The notes beneath the pieces were generated by a model. The model was not told where the DNA came from, ran no database searches, and saw nothing but the letters and a program-made list of their open reading frames with translations. Positions 40,121 through 48,830 of a stretch of 64,000 bases of DNA are shown here, piece after piece; within the stretch, counting starts at the first letter, position 1; each line of letters opens with the position of its first letter. This DNA is from Polyangiaceae bacterium (lineage in GTDB: Bacteria; Myxococcota_A; Polyangia; Polyangiales; Polyangiaceae): NCBI GenBank assembly GCA_965222375.1, contig CBDCTZ010000016.1, positions 576,001-640,000 on the forward strand. Direction: 5' to 3'. Both the position numbers and the translations under genes were made by a program.

Positions 40121-40479
40121 TCATGCTTGTTTGATAACCTCACGGATCACGTAAGCGGCGTGCACACGAGCGTAGTCCTTCCAGCCGAGCAGATCAGCCG
40201 TGCTCTCCACAATGGCGACCCAAGGATCAGGTTGCCCTCGCATCTGTCGTACGACCCAGAGTGCGCGTTCCGCGCGGAGAGCTGCACCAGCGCCTCCGCC
40301 GGTGGTGCGAATGCGGTGAGCGCTTGGGAGGGGTCGGCGGGTAGAATCTGTCGGTCAACCGGGACTCGCGGCAGCCGTTCGGTCACGTTGCGGGCCCTGG
40401 GTGCATCGGTGGCGAAACCGCCGAGCTTCGTTCGGGACCGTTGCTGACCAGGCGCGGGGTTGGGCTTGCGATCACTCAT
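40121..40479 (-). pseudogene. Possible frameshifted small gene
   Basis: MSDRKP...AEALVQLSAR; adding one G at ~40270 continues ERALWVVRQMRGQPDPWVAIVESTADLLGWKDYARVHAAYVIREVIKQA-TGA. Confidence 0.35.
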
Positions 40480-40610
40480 GCAGAAACACTCATCGTCATC
40501 ATGACACCGAGATTTCAGGCTGGAAAGACGGTGGCCCCGCACGGTTGGGCAACCCACGAAGCGCCCGCGCTGTTGTGATACGATTCGCCGCGCTATCGCG
40601 GGGAATTACC

Positions 40611-41660
40611 ATGAACAAACGCGGAATAACTTGGGCTCTTGCACTGGCACTGATCGCGGCCTCGCCCCTGGCAGGCGCGCAGTCCGATACCGAGCGAGCC
40701 GGTGCGCGGGCCGCAGCCAGCGAGGGCCTGAAGGCTTTCAACGAGGGGCGCCACGCGGACGCTATCGACCTTTTCAATCGCGCGGAGTCCCTGGTGCACG
40801 CGCCGCCCCATCTTCTCTACATCGCCCGCGCCAGCGAGAAGCTGGGCAAGCTGGTCAAGGCACGCGAGGCGTACATGAAGATCACTCGCGAGAAGCTCGC
40901 GGCCAACGCGCCGGACGCATTTCGCGCGGCGCAGGAAAACGCCCGCACGGAGTTGTCTGCTCTCGAGCCTCGGGTTCCCTACCTGACCATCCTGGTCAAA
41001 GGAGACGGAGCGGATGGCGCCGGTGTGACTCTAAACGACGTCGTCGTACCCCCTGCGCTGGTCGGCGTGCCCTATCCCGTCGATCCTGGGGAGCACCGAC
41101 TTCAGGCCACGGGCACCGACGTCCAGAGCGAACTCGTCACCGTGTCTTTAGCGGAAGGAAAACGGGAGACCGTTGAGCTACCGCTGAACCCCGCTCCGGG
41201 CGCTTTGCCGCCGGGTGCGAAGCCGGCCGCGAGTGGGACGGAGCCCGCTGGGGGCACACCCGGTGGCGGAACCGAGCCGGGTCCTATCGACCCGGGGCCG
41301 ACGCCGAGTAGCTCTGGCCCGAGCGCCATGCGAATCGGCTCCTACGTTGGCCTCGGCGTTGGCGTGGTGGGCCTGGCTGCCGGGACCATCTTCGCCATCC
41401 AGAGCGCCGGCAAGCGTGGCGATGCCAACGATCTCTGCCCCGATGAGCAGTGCCCGGTGAGCAAAGAAGACGAGTGGAACTCCCTCGACGATGACGCGGA
41501 AAGCGCATCGACCCTAGCGACCGTGGGCTTCATCGTAGGAGGCGTTGGGGTTGCAGCCGGCGTGACATTGTTCATCCTGAGTAGTGATGACAGTAAGAAG
41601 AGCGCTGGCGTCACGCCCTGGGTGGGACTCGGGTCTGCGGGCGTGTCCGGGCGTTTCTAA
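40611..41660 (+). CDS. TPR/PEGA-like envelope protein
   Basis: Signal peptide, TPR (AIDLFNRAESLVHAPPHLLY), PVDPGEH, two Gly-rich helices flanking CPDEQC, terminal SGRF. Confidence 0.82.
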   Translation: MNKRGITWALALALIAASPLAGAQSDTERAGARAAASEGLKAFNEGRHADAIDLFNRAESLVHAPPHLLYIARASEKLGKLVKAREAYMKITREKLAANAPDAFRAAQENARTELSALEPRVPYLTILVKGDGADGAGVTLNDVVVPPALVGVPYPVDPGEHRLQATGTDVQSELVTVSLAEGKRETVELPLNPAPGALPPGAKPAASGTEPAGGTPGGGTEPGPIDPGPTPSSSGPSAMRIGSYVGLGVGVVGLAAGTIFAIQSAGKRGDANDLCPDEQCPVSKEDEWNSLDDDAESASTLATVGFIVGGVGVAAGVTLFILSSDDSKKSAGVTPWVGLGSAGVSGRF

Positions 41661-41672
41661 GGAGAACTTTCG

Positions 41673-42842
41673 ATGACCAGGCTTGGCTTTCGACACCTTT
41701 TCTTGACACTGGCGGCGGTGGCGCCCGCCGTCGCGATTTCTTGTGGTGGCGGGGACGAGCGTACCTTTGTGGAACCGGATGCTGCTGCCACCGGAGGCTC
41801 TGCCGGTGCGAGCGGGAGTGCGGGTTCTGCTGGCGTCGCTGGTAGCGGCGGTACTGCAGGTGATGCGGGCACTCCCTGCAAAGATGCCAAGGAGTGTGAT
41901 GACGGCGATCCCTGCAATGGAACCGAGACCTGCTCTGGCGTGTGCCAAGCTGGCACGCCGATGAAAGACGGCGAGGTGTGCAAACCACCGGACGACGCCG
42001 GGCTAGGTAGTGTGTGCTTTCAGGGAGTGTGCTCGCCGTCCTGCAAAGAAGACAAGGACTGCAGCGACAACGATGTATGCACTGGAACGGAGACCTGCAA
42101 TCCCACCGCCAAGGTCTGCCAAGTCGGCACGCCCCTGTCCTGTGACGACAACGACGACTGCACCGAAAACAGCTGCGATGCTGAGAAGGGTTGCTTCTAC
42201 CCGCTGATCGACAAGGACGGGGACGGCCACGCTTCAACGACCTTGGGCAGCTGCGGTGACGACTGCGACGACAACGACAAGACCGTGTTCACTGGCGCTG
42301 CCGAGCTCTGCGACGGCAAGGACAACAACTGCAACGGCCATCAAAACGACGAGCTAGCGTCGACCTGGTATGCTGACTGCGACAACGACGGTTTTGCCGC
42401 AATCGGCGCGCCCAGCGCCGTCCTCTGCAACAAACCCGCCGCGCCGCATTCTTCGTGCAACTCCAAAAGTGGTGGCTGGACCACGCAGGCGCCCACGCCG
42501 GGCAATACAGACTGCTGGGACAAGGACGCCGATGCCCACCCCTACACGGCTGCCAACGAAATCAAGGCGTACCAAAACCACGCCATTACCGGCGCGCCCA
42601 CCCTCGTCGACTTCGACTACAACTGTGACAAGAAAGAGGAACGCCGCTATACGAATGGTGGCGTCGATCCGAACAACAGCCTTTGCCTGTCCTTCAATGG
42701 CGCTTGTCTCGGGCCCTCGGGCTACATCTCCTCACTCATCCCTGTTTGTGGCAAAGGCGGCTCCTACACGACTTGCGGCAAGGGCATCATCTTCGGTACC
42801 TGCCTGCGAACCACGTCTAACAAGATCCAAGAGTGCCGCTGA
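41673..42842 (+). CDS. Cys/Asp-rich lipoprotein with putative metal-binding motif
   Basis: AISC lipobox; CDDGDPCNGTETC repeats; DKDGDGH...DCDDNDKTVFTGAAELCDGKDNNCNG. Confidence 0.82.
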   Translation: MTRLGFRHLFLTLAAVAPAVAISCGGGDERTFVEPDAAATGGSAGASGSAGSAGVAGSGGTAGDAGTPCKDAKECDDGDPCNGTETCSGVCQAGTPMKDGEVCKPPDDAGLGSVCFQGVCSPSCKEDKDCSDNDVCTGTETCNPTAKVCQVGTPLSCDDNDDCTENSCDAEKGCFYPLIDKDGDGHASTTLGSCGDDCDDNDKTVFTGAAELCDGKDNNCNGHQNDELASTWYADCDNDGFAAIGAPSAVLCNKPAAPHSSCNSKSGGWTTQAPTPGNTDCWDKDADAHPYTAANEIKAYQNHAITGAPTLVDFDYNCDKKEERRYTNGGVDPNNSLCLSFNGACLGPSGYISSLIPVCGKGGSYTTCGKGIIFGTCLRTTSNKIQECR

Positions 42843-42908
42843 CCTCGCTCTGAATCGCACGACAGTCGCGCCTGGTTGTGTGCCGTCCGTCGCGGATCCC
42901 CGGCCGCG

Positions 42909-42940
42909 GTGGCACAGCGGGCAGGTACAGTGGCACAGCG
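42909..42940 (+). repeat. 11-bp direct repeat GTGGCACAGCG, 21-bp period (candidate activator site)
   Basis: Copies at 42909-42919 and 42930-42940, upstream of a sigma54-like promoter. Confidence 0.55.
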
Positions 42941-42980
42941 TGCCCCCGCAGTTTGCCAGCGCTTTTACGATAGGGGCGTT

Positions 42981-42996
42981 CGGCCCAGGATTTGCT
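42981..42996 (+). promoter_or_regulatory. Candidate sigma54 -24/-12 promoter
   Basis: CGGCCCAGGATTTGCT has GG-N10-GC spacing, just upstream of the ATG at 43009. Confidence 0.45.
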
Positions 42997-43008
42997 AAAC
43001 GCCGCGGC

Positions 43009-43809
43009 ATGCGCACACAACTTTCGCTCATCGCCGTGTTCCTCCTGGCGACCGCCTGCGGCGGCTCCTCCAGCTCAGACAACAGCAATCCCGATGCGGG
43101 GACCGGTGGGTCCGGTGCTAGCAGCGGGACCGGGGGGTCCGGTGCCAGCAGCGGGACCGCGGGGGTCGGTGCCAGCAGCGGGAGTGGTGGATCCAGCGCC
43201 AGCGGCGGGTCCGGTGCGACATCAGGCAGCGGCGGTAAAGGCGCGACGGGCGGAACTGGCGCCGTCGCCGGTCAGGGCGGCGGCGGCAACGACCCGGTCG
43301 CCGGCGAATGCGTCACGGATGACGACTGCGAAATGCTGAGTGATTGCTGCAGCTGCATCGTGGCGCCCAAGGGCAAAGCAAAGCTCCCCTACTGCGAGCC
43401 TACGCCTTGTTTCGCAGACCAGTGCTCTGCCAACCAAATCCAGAAAGCTAGCTGCGTCGCGGGCCAATGCATCAAGGGGTTCGAGTGCGACAGCTCAAAG
43501 GTGTTCTGCAACGCGCTTCCCCCGCTTTGTGAGGGTGGCGAGGTGCCAAGCGTGGACAATGGCTGCTGGGGCCCCTGCGTGCCCGCAGTTCAGTGCGCAT
43601 CTGTCGCCAATTGCAGTGAGTGCCCTGGGGGTACTTCCTGTGTCGTCAATCAGGCCTGGACCAGTACTGCGCATTGCGTGAACGTCCCCGCAGGCTGTGC
43701 GGCCGACTGCTCGTGCTTGGGCAAAGCGGTCTGCACCGGTGCCTTCAATGCCTGCATCGACAAGGTCAACGACGGCTCCGCCCTCCACTGCGAGTGTCCC
43801 ACCTGTTGA
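43009..43809 (+). CDS. Cys-rich lipoprotein
   Basis: ATAC lipobox, Gly/Ser linker, Cys-rich domain. Confidence 0.8.
   Translation: MRTQLSLIAVFLLATACGGSSSSDNSNPDAGTGGSGASSGTGGSGASSGTAGVGASSGSGGSSASGGSGATSGSGGKGATGGTGAVAGQGGGGNDPVAGECVTDDDCEMLSDCCSCIVAPKGKAKLPYCEPTPCFADQCSANQIQKASCVAGQCIKGFECDSSKVFCNALPPLCEGGEVPSVDNGCWGPCVPAVQCASVANCSECPGGTSCVVNQAWTSTAHCVNVPAGCAADCSCLGKAVCTGAFNACIDKVNDGSALHCECPTC
43099..43179 (+). repeat. 3 x 27-bp imperfect tandem repeat encoding a GTGGSGASS linker
   Basis: Units start at 43099, 43126 and 43153. Confidence 0.7.
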
Positions 43810-43938
43810 CATCGCTCGGGATCCCGACGCAGGTCGCGCTCCCAATCGCCCGACACATTGAGCCCGCTCCGGGGTCTTCGGCTGGGCTGAGCAACCAGTG
43901 CGTGGACGATCCCCGCACCCTCGGGCAGGATGCGTCCG

Positions 43939-45132
43939 ATGAGCGAACGCCTGTGTCGACACTGCACGGCGCCATTGCCACCTGTGGGGCCTGGTGGCGC
44001 CGGAGCCTGCAGCGCATGTGGAACTCTATTTGGTTTGCAGGCAGATCTGGAGGAATACGCCAAGGCCGTTTTGGACGGGCGCAGCGACGTGCCCCGGCCT
44101 AGCGCGCTGCCCCAGAAGCGCATGCGTGTCGAGTGGCAACGCAGCGCTGACGAGAACTATCGCGAGCGAAGAGCAGGGCGGCTCAATATCGTCATCTCCC
44201 ACCTGGCTGCGCGCTCTCTCGCACTGTGGCCGCTGACGTTGCTGGCGGCTGGGGGTGTGGCGTACGGCTGGTGGTACCTGCGAGGGACCTTTAGTTGGAT
44301 CCTGGCGCTCGCCACTCTTTTCGTCGCGGCCCGGGTGGTGCGTCGCACGCTGACCCTCTTCGATCGCTTCGAGCTGTCTTTGGACGAGAGCACTTTGCGT
44401 ACGTCGACCAGCCGCTTCTGGCCACGCCGAGTGGTGGAGTTGCCTCGTGCGAATGTCGCACAGCTATTCGCGATCAAGCCGGCGCGGGGATATGGCCTGG
44501 CCGCGGCAACGAAGGACGGCAAGACTCGCATCATTGCCTTTCCAATCGCTACTGCAGAGCTGGCTTGGTACCTGGAAAGGCAAGTCGAGTTAGCTGCTGG
44601 GATCGGCGACAAAGCTGTCGCCAAGGAGCTGAATCGCAGCATGCCAGCTCCAAAGACAAGTACGCGTCTCTTGACGTTCGTCGAAGTGGGCTTCCTGCTG
44701 TTGCTGACTGGGGGCGCTGTTTTCGGTGTGCGTTCCTGTGGAGCGCCTTTGGGGAGTGTGGCGGTGCAGGAGGTTCCGCGGGAACTCAGCGTGGAATTGC
44801 CCAAAGCGGGAGTGCTCTTCTTCTCAACCGAGTTGGACTTTGCCCAGAGCAGGTACTACGGCCTCGACGAAGTTCCACGCAGCATGCGTTACGACATCCA
44901 AGTGCTGCAGGGCGCCAAGGCACTGCACAGCATGAGCTGTGATCCCGTCGACATGTTCATCTGGGTGTCGAGCACAACCAACAAGAAGTACTCCAGCGTC
45001 GAGGGTCGGATGAATGGCTGCGCCGTGAAGCTCCCGGCGGGCACCTACACTGTGAGAGTCGCACGCACCTGGCTGCCGGGACCGCGCCGCGTGCGGTACT
45101 CCCAAACCGAAATCACCGCGCGGTTGGACTAG
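43939..45132 (+). CDS. Membrane protein with N-terminal zinc ribbon
   Basis: CRHC...CSAC, three TM helices, soluble domains. Confidence 0.65.
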   Translation: MSERLCRHCTAPLPPVGPGGAGACSACGTLFGLQADLEEYAKAVLDGRSDVPRPSALPQKRMRVEWQRSADENYRERRAGRLNIVISHLAARSLALWPLTLLAAGGVAYGWWYLRGTFSWILALATLFVAARVVRRTLTLFDRFELSLDESTLRTSTSRFWPRRVVELPRANVAQLFAIKPARGYGLAAATKDGKTRIIAFPIATAELAWYLERQVELAAGIGDKAVAKELNRSMPAPKTSTRLLTFVEVGFLLLLTGGAVFGVRSCGAPLGSVAVQEVPRELSVELPKAGVLFFSTELDFAQSRYYGLDEVPRSMRYDIQVLQGAKALHSMSCDPVDMFIWVSSTTNKKYSSVEGRMNGCAVKLPAGTYTVRVARTWLPGPRRVRYSQTEITARLD

Positions 45133-45196
45133 ACAGCGCGCGGGCTTTCCGGGCGCTTTCCTTTACGTTTTGAGGTTGGTGGTGCACGCTAATGAC

Positions 45197-45946
45197 GTGC
45201 GAAGTGCATCCCTCGCCCTGTTGTTTCTGGCCGGGGCTGTCGCGGCCAGTTGCGCGTCCCCGGAGGAAATCGACAAAGCCGGAACCCTGGGGGGCGAGTG
45301 TTACCCGAATGGGACCTGTGATGCGTCCTACGTCTGCGTTTGGGGGATCTGCAACTTTCCCGACGCCGGAACAGACGCGCTTGCTACGGGGGGGGCATCC
45401 GGTGCGGTCAGTACTGGGGGCACAGCGGGCGTCAGCGGCGGGGCGGCGGGCTCAGGCGCCGTCTCCGGCACGGGCGGTTTGCCAACCGGCGGCAGCGGCG
45501 GATTCAGTACTGGTGGCATCGGCGCGACGGGAGGAATCGGCGCCACGGGCGGTGTGCCCGCGACCGGGGGCGTTGGTGCGACCGGCGGAACTGGCGCTGG
45601 GGGAAGTGGAGGCTCGACCGGTAACCTGCCCGCACCGACTAACGTCCAGGGCTGCACTAGCTGCGGCTGTTGCGATCCCTGGAACATCACTTGGTCGGCG
45701 GTGACCGGTGCCACCCACTATCAAGTCGCGTGGAAGTGCTCCATCTTCCCCGTACATGCCATCAACGTAGGTACGGTGACGAAGGTCGATCTGTGCAGCT
45801 CTACCATTGGCATGTGCAGCGTCTCCGAGTGCGCCAACGGTGTCGGCGCCGTTTCCGTGCAGGCCTGCAACACCAGCGGTTGTTCGCCCCAGGCCTTCGT
45901 GACGGTTGGGCTGCCCCTGGCGTGCGGTGGCGGCTGTTGCTGCTAA
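45197..45946 (+). CDS. Cys-rich lipoprotein with FN3-like strands
   Basis: AASC lipobox; PAPTNV...ITWSAVTGATHYQV; ends CGGGCCC. Confidence 0.72.
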   Translation: MRSASLALLFLAGAVAASCASPEEIDKAGTLGGECYPNGTCDASYVCVWGICNFPDAGTDALATGGASGAVSTGGTAGVSGGAAGSGAVSGTGGLPTGGSGGFSTGGIGATGGIGATGGVPATGGVGATGGTGAGGSGGSTGNLPAPTNVQGCTSCGCCDPWNITWSAVTGATHYQVAWKCSIFPVHAINVGTVTKVDLCSSTIGMCSVSECANGVGAVSVQACNTSGCSPQAFVTVGLPLACGGGCCC

Positions 45947-46044
45947 AATCTGTCGGTCTTGAACAAAATGCGCAGCGCGGGCGTCATTTGGTAGGCAACT
46001 AGCTTCTTTTGCGGACGAAGTGCGTCGGTACAAGGAGTTTTCGT

Positions 46045-47697
46045 ATGAATTCAAACTTCTTCCCTCGTACCCTCGTTTCGCTCGGGGCCTTGCTCATTGC
46101 GGCCGCATCGGTCGCTGCCGGTTGCGCGAACGGAAGCCCGATCGAAAACGAGGCGCCGGACTGCACCGGAGACGAGTGTGCCGAAGACGCCGGCGCCGAT
46201 TCGGCAACGTCTCCCGATTCAGCGGCCTCCGATGGGGGAGCGCCGGATGTACCGAGTTGCGTACCTACCAGCCAAGCGGACGAGCCCGATGATGACCGCT
46301 TGGATGCCAACTGCGACGGCGTCGACGGTGATGTGGACAAAGCCGTCTTCCTGTCTCCGGACGGGGACGACACCGCCGCGGGAACGATCGACGCGCCGGT
46401 CAAGACCTTTGCCGAAGCGACGAAACGCGCCACTGCAGACAAGAAGGACGTTTACGTGTGCAACGGGACCTATGACGACAATGCCGTTTTCGGTTCTGGT
46501 CACTCGCTACGTTTCTTCGGCGGCTACGACTGCAAGAACGATTGGGCCCGCGGGGACGAACACGCCGTGGTGGCTCCGCAGACGGGCCTACCACTCTACA
46601 TGGAGGGTGTGAACAAGCTATCCATGGAGCAGATGGACTTCCGCGCGCAGCACGCCACACTCCCCAGCGACAGCTCTGTTGCTGCGGTGATCAAAGCGTC
46701 GTTTGGGGTCGAGTTCCGTCGCGCCGTCTTCGAAGCTGGCAACGGCGCGGACGGCAAGAGCGGCGTCACGCCAGCGCCCTTCGCAGCTCCAGCCACGGCA
46801 GGTCAAGACGGCGAGTCCGCGCCGGAAACGTGCTCGACCAGTTCACCTCAAGGCAAGTGCCTGTTGCAGCCCGCGGGTGGCGGCTGGGGCGCGTCGGCCT
46901 ACAAATGTGCAGACGGTTTGGCCACGACGGGTGGTCGCGGTGGCGGCGGCGGCAACGTGAAGCTGAGCGTTGCCGCTCAAGATGGCGGGTTCGGCCTCCC
47001 CATTGGCGGCCAGGGAGGTAAGGTCGTCGGCACAGGCTCCGCCGGGAAGACTGGTGCGCCGGGCGCCCACGGCATGCCGGGCGGTGACTTCGGCGTGTTC
47101 CTGGACGGCAAGTACGACGCGACGAACGCTGGCACCGACGGCACCGCAGGCAAGACTGGCCTTGCGGGTGGTGGTGGCAGCGGCGGCAAGGGCGCTTGGG
47201 CTTGCCCTGATCTGTTCACTTGCTACTACCGCGGCGGCGGTGGTGGCCAGGGTGGATATGGCGGTTGCGGTGGCCCAGCCGGGAGTGCCGGTGGCGGTGG
47301 TGGCGGATCCTTCGCGTTGATCTTGATCGACGCGCCGATCGCGCTCAAAGAAGTCACGGTCAAGACTGGAGTCGGGGGCAACGGAGGTCCCGGGGCGGCG
47401 GGCGCACTCGGTCAAATTGGGGGCAAGCCTGGCAACGGCGGAGCTGCGGCGCAAGGCCACGACGGCGCGCCGGGGGGCGCGGGCGGCAGCGGCGGCCCCG
47501 GGGGTAACGGAGGTCCCGGTGGTGGCGGTCCCAGTTTCGGTATCGTGTACAGGGGCGCTGCGCACAGCATTGATGCGGTGTCGTTCAAAGTGGGCGTACC
47601 AGGGCAGGGTGGCGCGGCCCTCGCAGGACCCAGCGCGCCGCCAGGCATTGGCGGATTCACCCTCGAGATCGACAAAGACGGTCTGCCAACCAACTGA
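46045..47697 (+). CDS. Gly-rich (PGRS-like) myxobacterial lipoprotein
   Basis: RBS AAGGAG; AAGC lipobox; DANCDGVDG, VFLSPDGDD...GTIDAPVKT, VYVCNGTY; long GGxG tracts. Confidence 0.8.
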   Translation: MNSNFFPRTLVSLGALLIAAASVAAGCANGSPIENEAPDCTGDECAEDAGADSATSPDSAASDGGAPDVPSCVPTSQADEPDDDRLDANCDGVDGDVDKAVFLSPDGDDTAAGTIDAPVKTFAEATKRATADKKDVYVCNGTYDDNAVFGSGHSLRFFGGYDCKNDWARGDEHAVVAPQTGLPLYMEGVNKLSMEQMDFRAQHATLPSDSSVAAVIKASFGVEFRRAVFEAGNGADGKSGVTPAPFAAPATAGQDGESAPETCSTSSPQGKCLLQPAGGGWGASAYKCADGLATTGGRGGGGGNVKLSVAAQDGGFGLPIGGQGGKVVGTGSAGKTGAPGAHGMPGGDFGVFLDGKYDATNAGTDGTAGKTGLAGGGGSGGKGAWACPDLFTCYYRGGGGGQGGYGGCGGPAGSAGGGGGGSFALILIDAPIALKEVTVKTGVGGNGGPGAAGALGQIGGKPGNGGAAAQGHDGAPGGAGGSGGPGGNGGPGGGGPSFGIVYRGAAHSIDAVSFKVGVPGQGGAALAGPSAPPGIGGFTLEIDKDGLPTN

Positions 47698-47864
47698 GTC
47701 GCCCCCCAGTGCCGGGCACCGTCACGGGTTTCCCGGCGGCGCACTGCAAAAACCGACGGGGCAAGGTCCTCCTGGATGGCACGCGGGTTTGATGCAGATC
47801 TGGTCGCTCCTGCGGTCCCCTTTCACTTCGCAGCGACCCGGGTCGAGGCTAGGGTTAAGCCCCA

Positions 47865-48419
47865 ATGCAACGCCGCGGCTGGATTCAAGCGTTCTGCCTC
47901 GTGGGCCTCGGTCTGGCTAGCCCGGCGCGGGCGGCCGCCAAACAGCGCAACGCCTACACCGAGCGCGCGCTTCGTGGAGACAACGGGGCACGAACCAGTT
48001 TGGCTGCAGCGGCAGGGGGTCATCGCTTGGTGGTCGTCGTGATGAAGGGCACGTGGTGCCCGGTCTGCATCAAGCAGCTGCAGCGCTTGGCGAAACTGGA
48101 CAAGGCGCTGAAGCGTTTGGGCGTTCGGGTGGTGGGCCTGACCCACGAAGGCGTCGAAAAAGCGAACAGGCTTCGCAAGGAGCGTGCCTTGAGGCACCCC
48201 ATCCTGAGCGATCCGAAGCACGAGGTCCTGAGCCTGCTCGGTCTGTGGAGACCTCAGTGGGGCCACCCGTTGCCGGCAATGGTGATCTTCGATCGCTGCG
48301 GCAAAGAGCGGGGTCGCATTTCTGGCCGGGCGCCTGGAGAACGGCCAGAGCGGGCGCTGCTGAGGTTCTTGAAGAAGCTGGTCAAGCGGCCTGAGCGTTG
48401 CAACAAGATCAACGCGTGA
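47865..48419 (+). CDS. Peroxiredoxin-like (AhpC/TSA, thioredoxin-fold) exported protein
   Basis: KGTWCPVC, ILSDPK, PAMVIFD. Confidence 0.75.
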   Translation: MQRRGWIQAFCLVGLGLASPARAAAKQRNAYTERALRGDNGARTSLAAAAGGHRLVVVVMKGTWCPVCIKQLQRLAKLDKALKRLGVRVVGLTHEGVEKANRLRKERALRHPILSDPKHEVLSLLGLWRPQWGHPLPAMVIFDRCGKERGRISGRAPGERPERALLRFLKKLVKRPERCNKINA

Positions 48420-48425
48420 GTCATC

Positions 48426-48725
48426 GTGGACGTATGGTTTGTGTACATGGCGCGCTGCGCCGACGGTAGTTTGTACACAGGCATCGCGCGGGATGTTGCT
48501 GCGCGGATCCGTGCTCATGACGCGGGTCGCGGTGCGCGCTACACGCGTGGTCGGGGCCCACTTTCGCTGTGTGCAACGCGGCGCTGCCATTCCAAGACAA
48601 CCGCGCTGCGCCTAGAGTTGGCCATCAAGGCTCTTTCGCGTGCGGACAAAGAAGCCATTGCGGACTCAACGGCGCTGCGCGTTTTCGCGAAGCGTTGGTC
48701 GCGGCGTGGCCCGACTCGGGGCTGA
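48426..48725 (+). CDS. GIY-YIG nuclease (UPF0213/YhbQ-like)
   Basis: FVYMARCADGSLYTGI, RIRAHDAGRGARYTRGR, ALRLELAIK. Confidence 0.9.
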   Translation: MDVWFVYMARCADGSLYTGIARDVAARIRAHDAGRGARYTRGRGPLSLCATRRCHSKTTALRLELAIKALSRADKEAIADSTALRVFAKRWSRRGPTRG

Positions 48726-48801
48726 GCGGGCTGGCTGTCAGCGCTGTCTGTGCCAGCCGCCGAGTGTGCCAAATTCACCCCAACTTTCCCGGCGTTTTTG
48801 G

Positions 48802-48824
48802 TGGCATGCCGCCTGCAGTAGACT
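48802..48824 (+). promoter_or_regulatory. Adjacent candidate sigma54 (-24/-12) and sigma70 (-10) elements
   Basis: TGGCATGCCGCCTGCA at 48802-48817 (GG-N10-GC) and TAGACT at 48819-48824, 6 nt before the ATG. Confidence 0.5.
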
Positions 48825-48830
48825 TGGCCC

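Noticed and set aside
42370..43008. Long N-terminal extensions in the ORF track (also 55807-56409, 25370-25545, 16993-17136, 21349-21594)
   Set aside because: They overlap neighbouring genes or promoter DNA; lipoboxes, RBS or junctions define later starts.
47776..47793. TGGCAC-type boxes at ~47776, ~51654, ~60115 and upstream of 247 as sigma54 promoters
   Set aside because: GG-to-GC spacing is not the required 10 nt.
48426..48725. GIY-YIG gene as a homing endonuclease or mobile element
   Set aside because: It is the short stand-alone UPF0213 type, with no intron, intein or flanking repeats.
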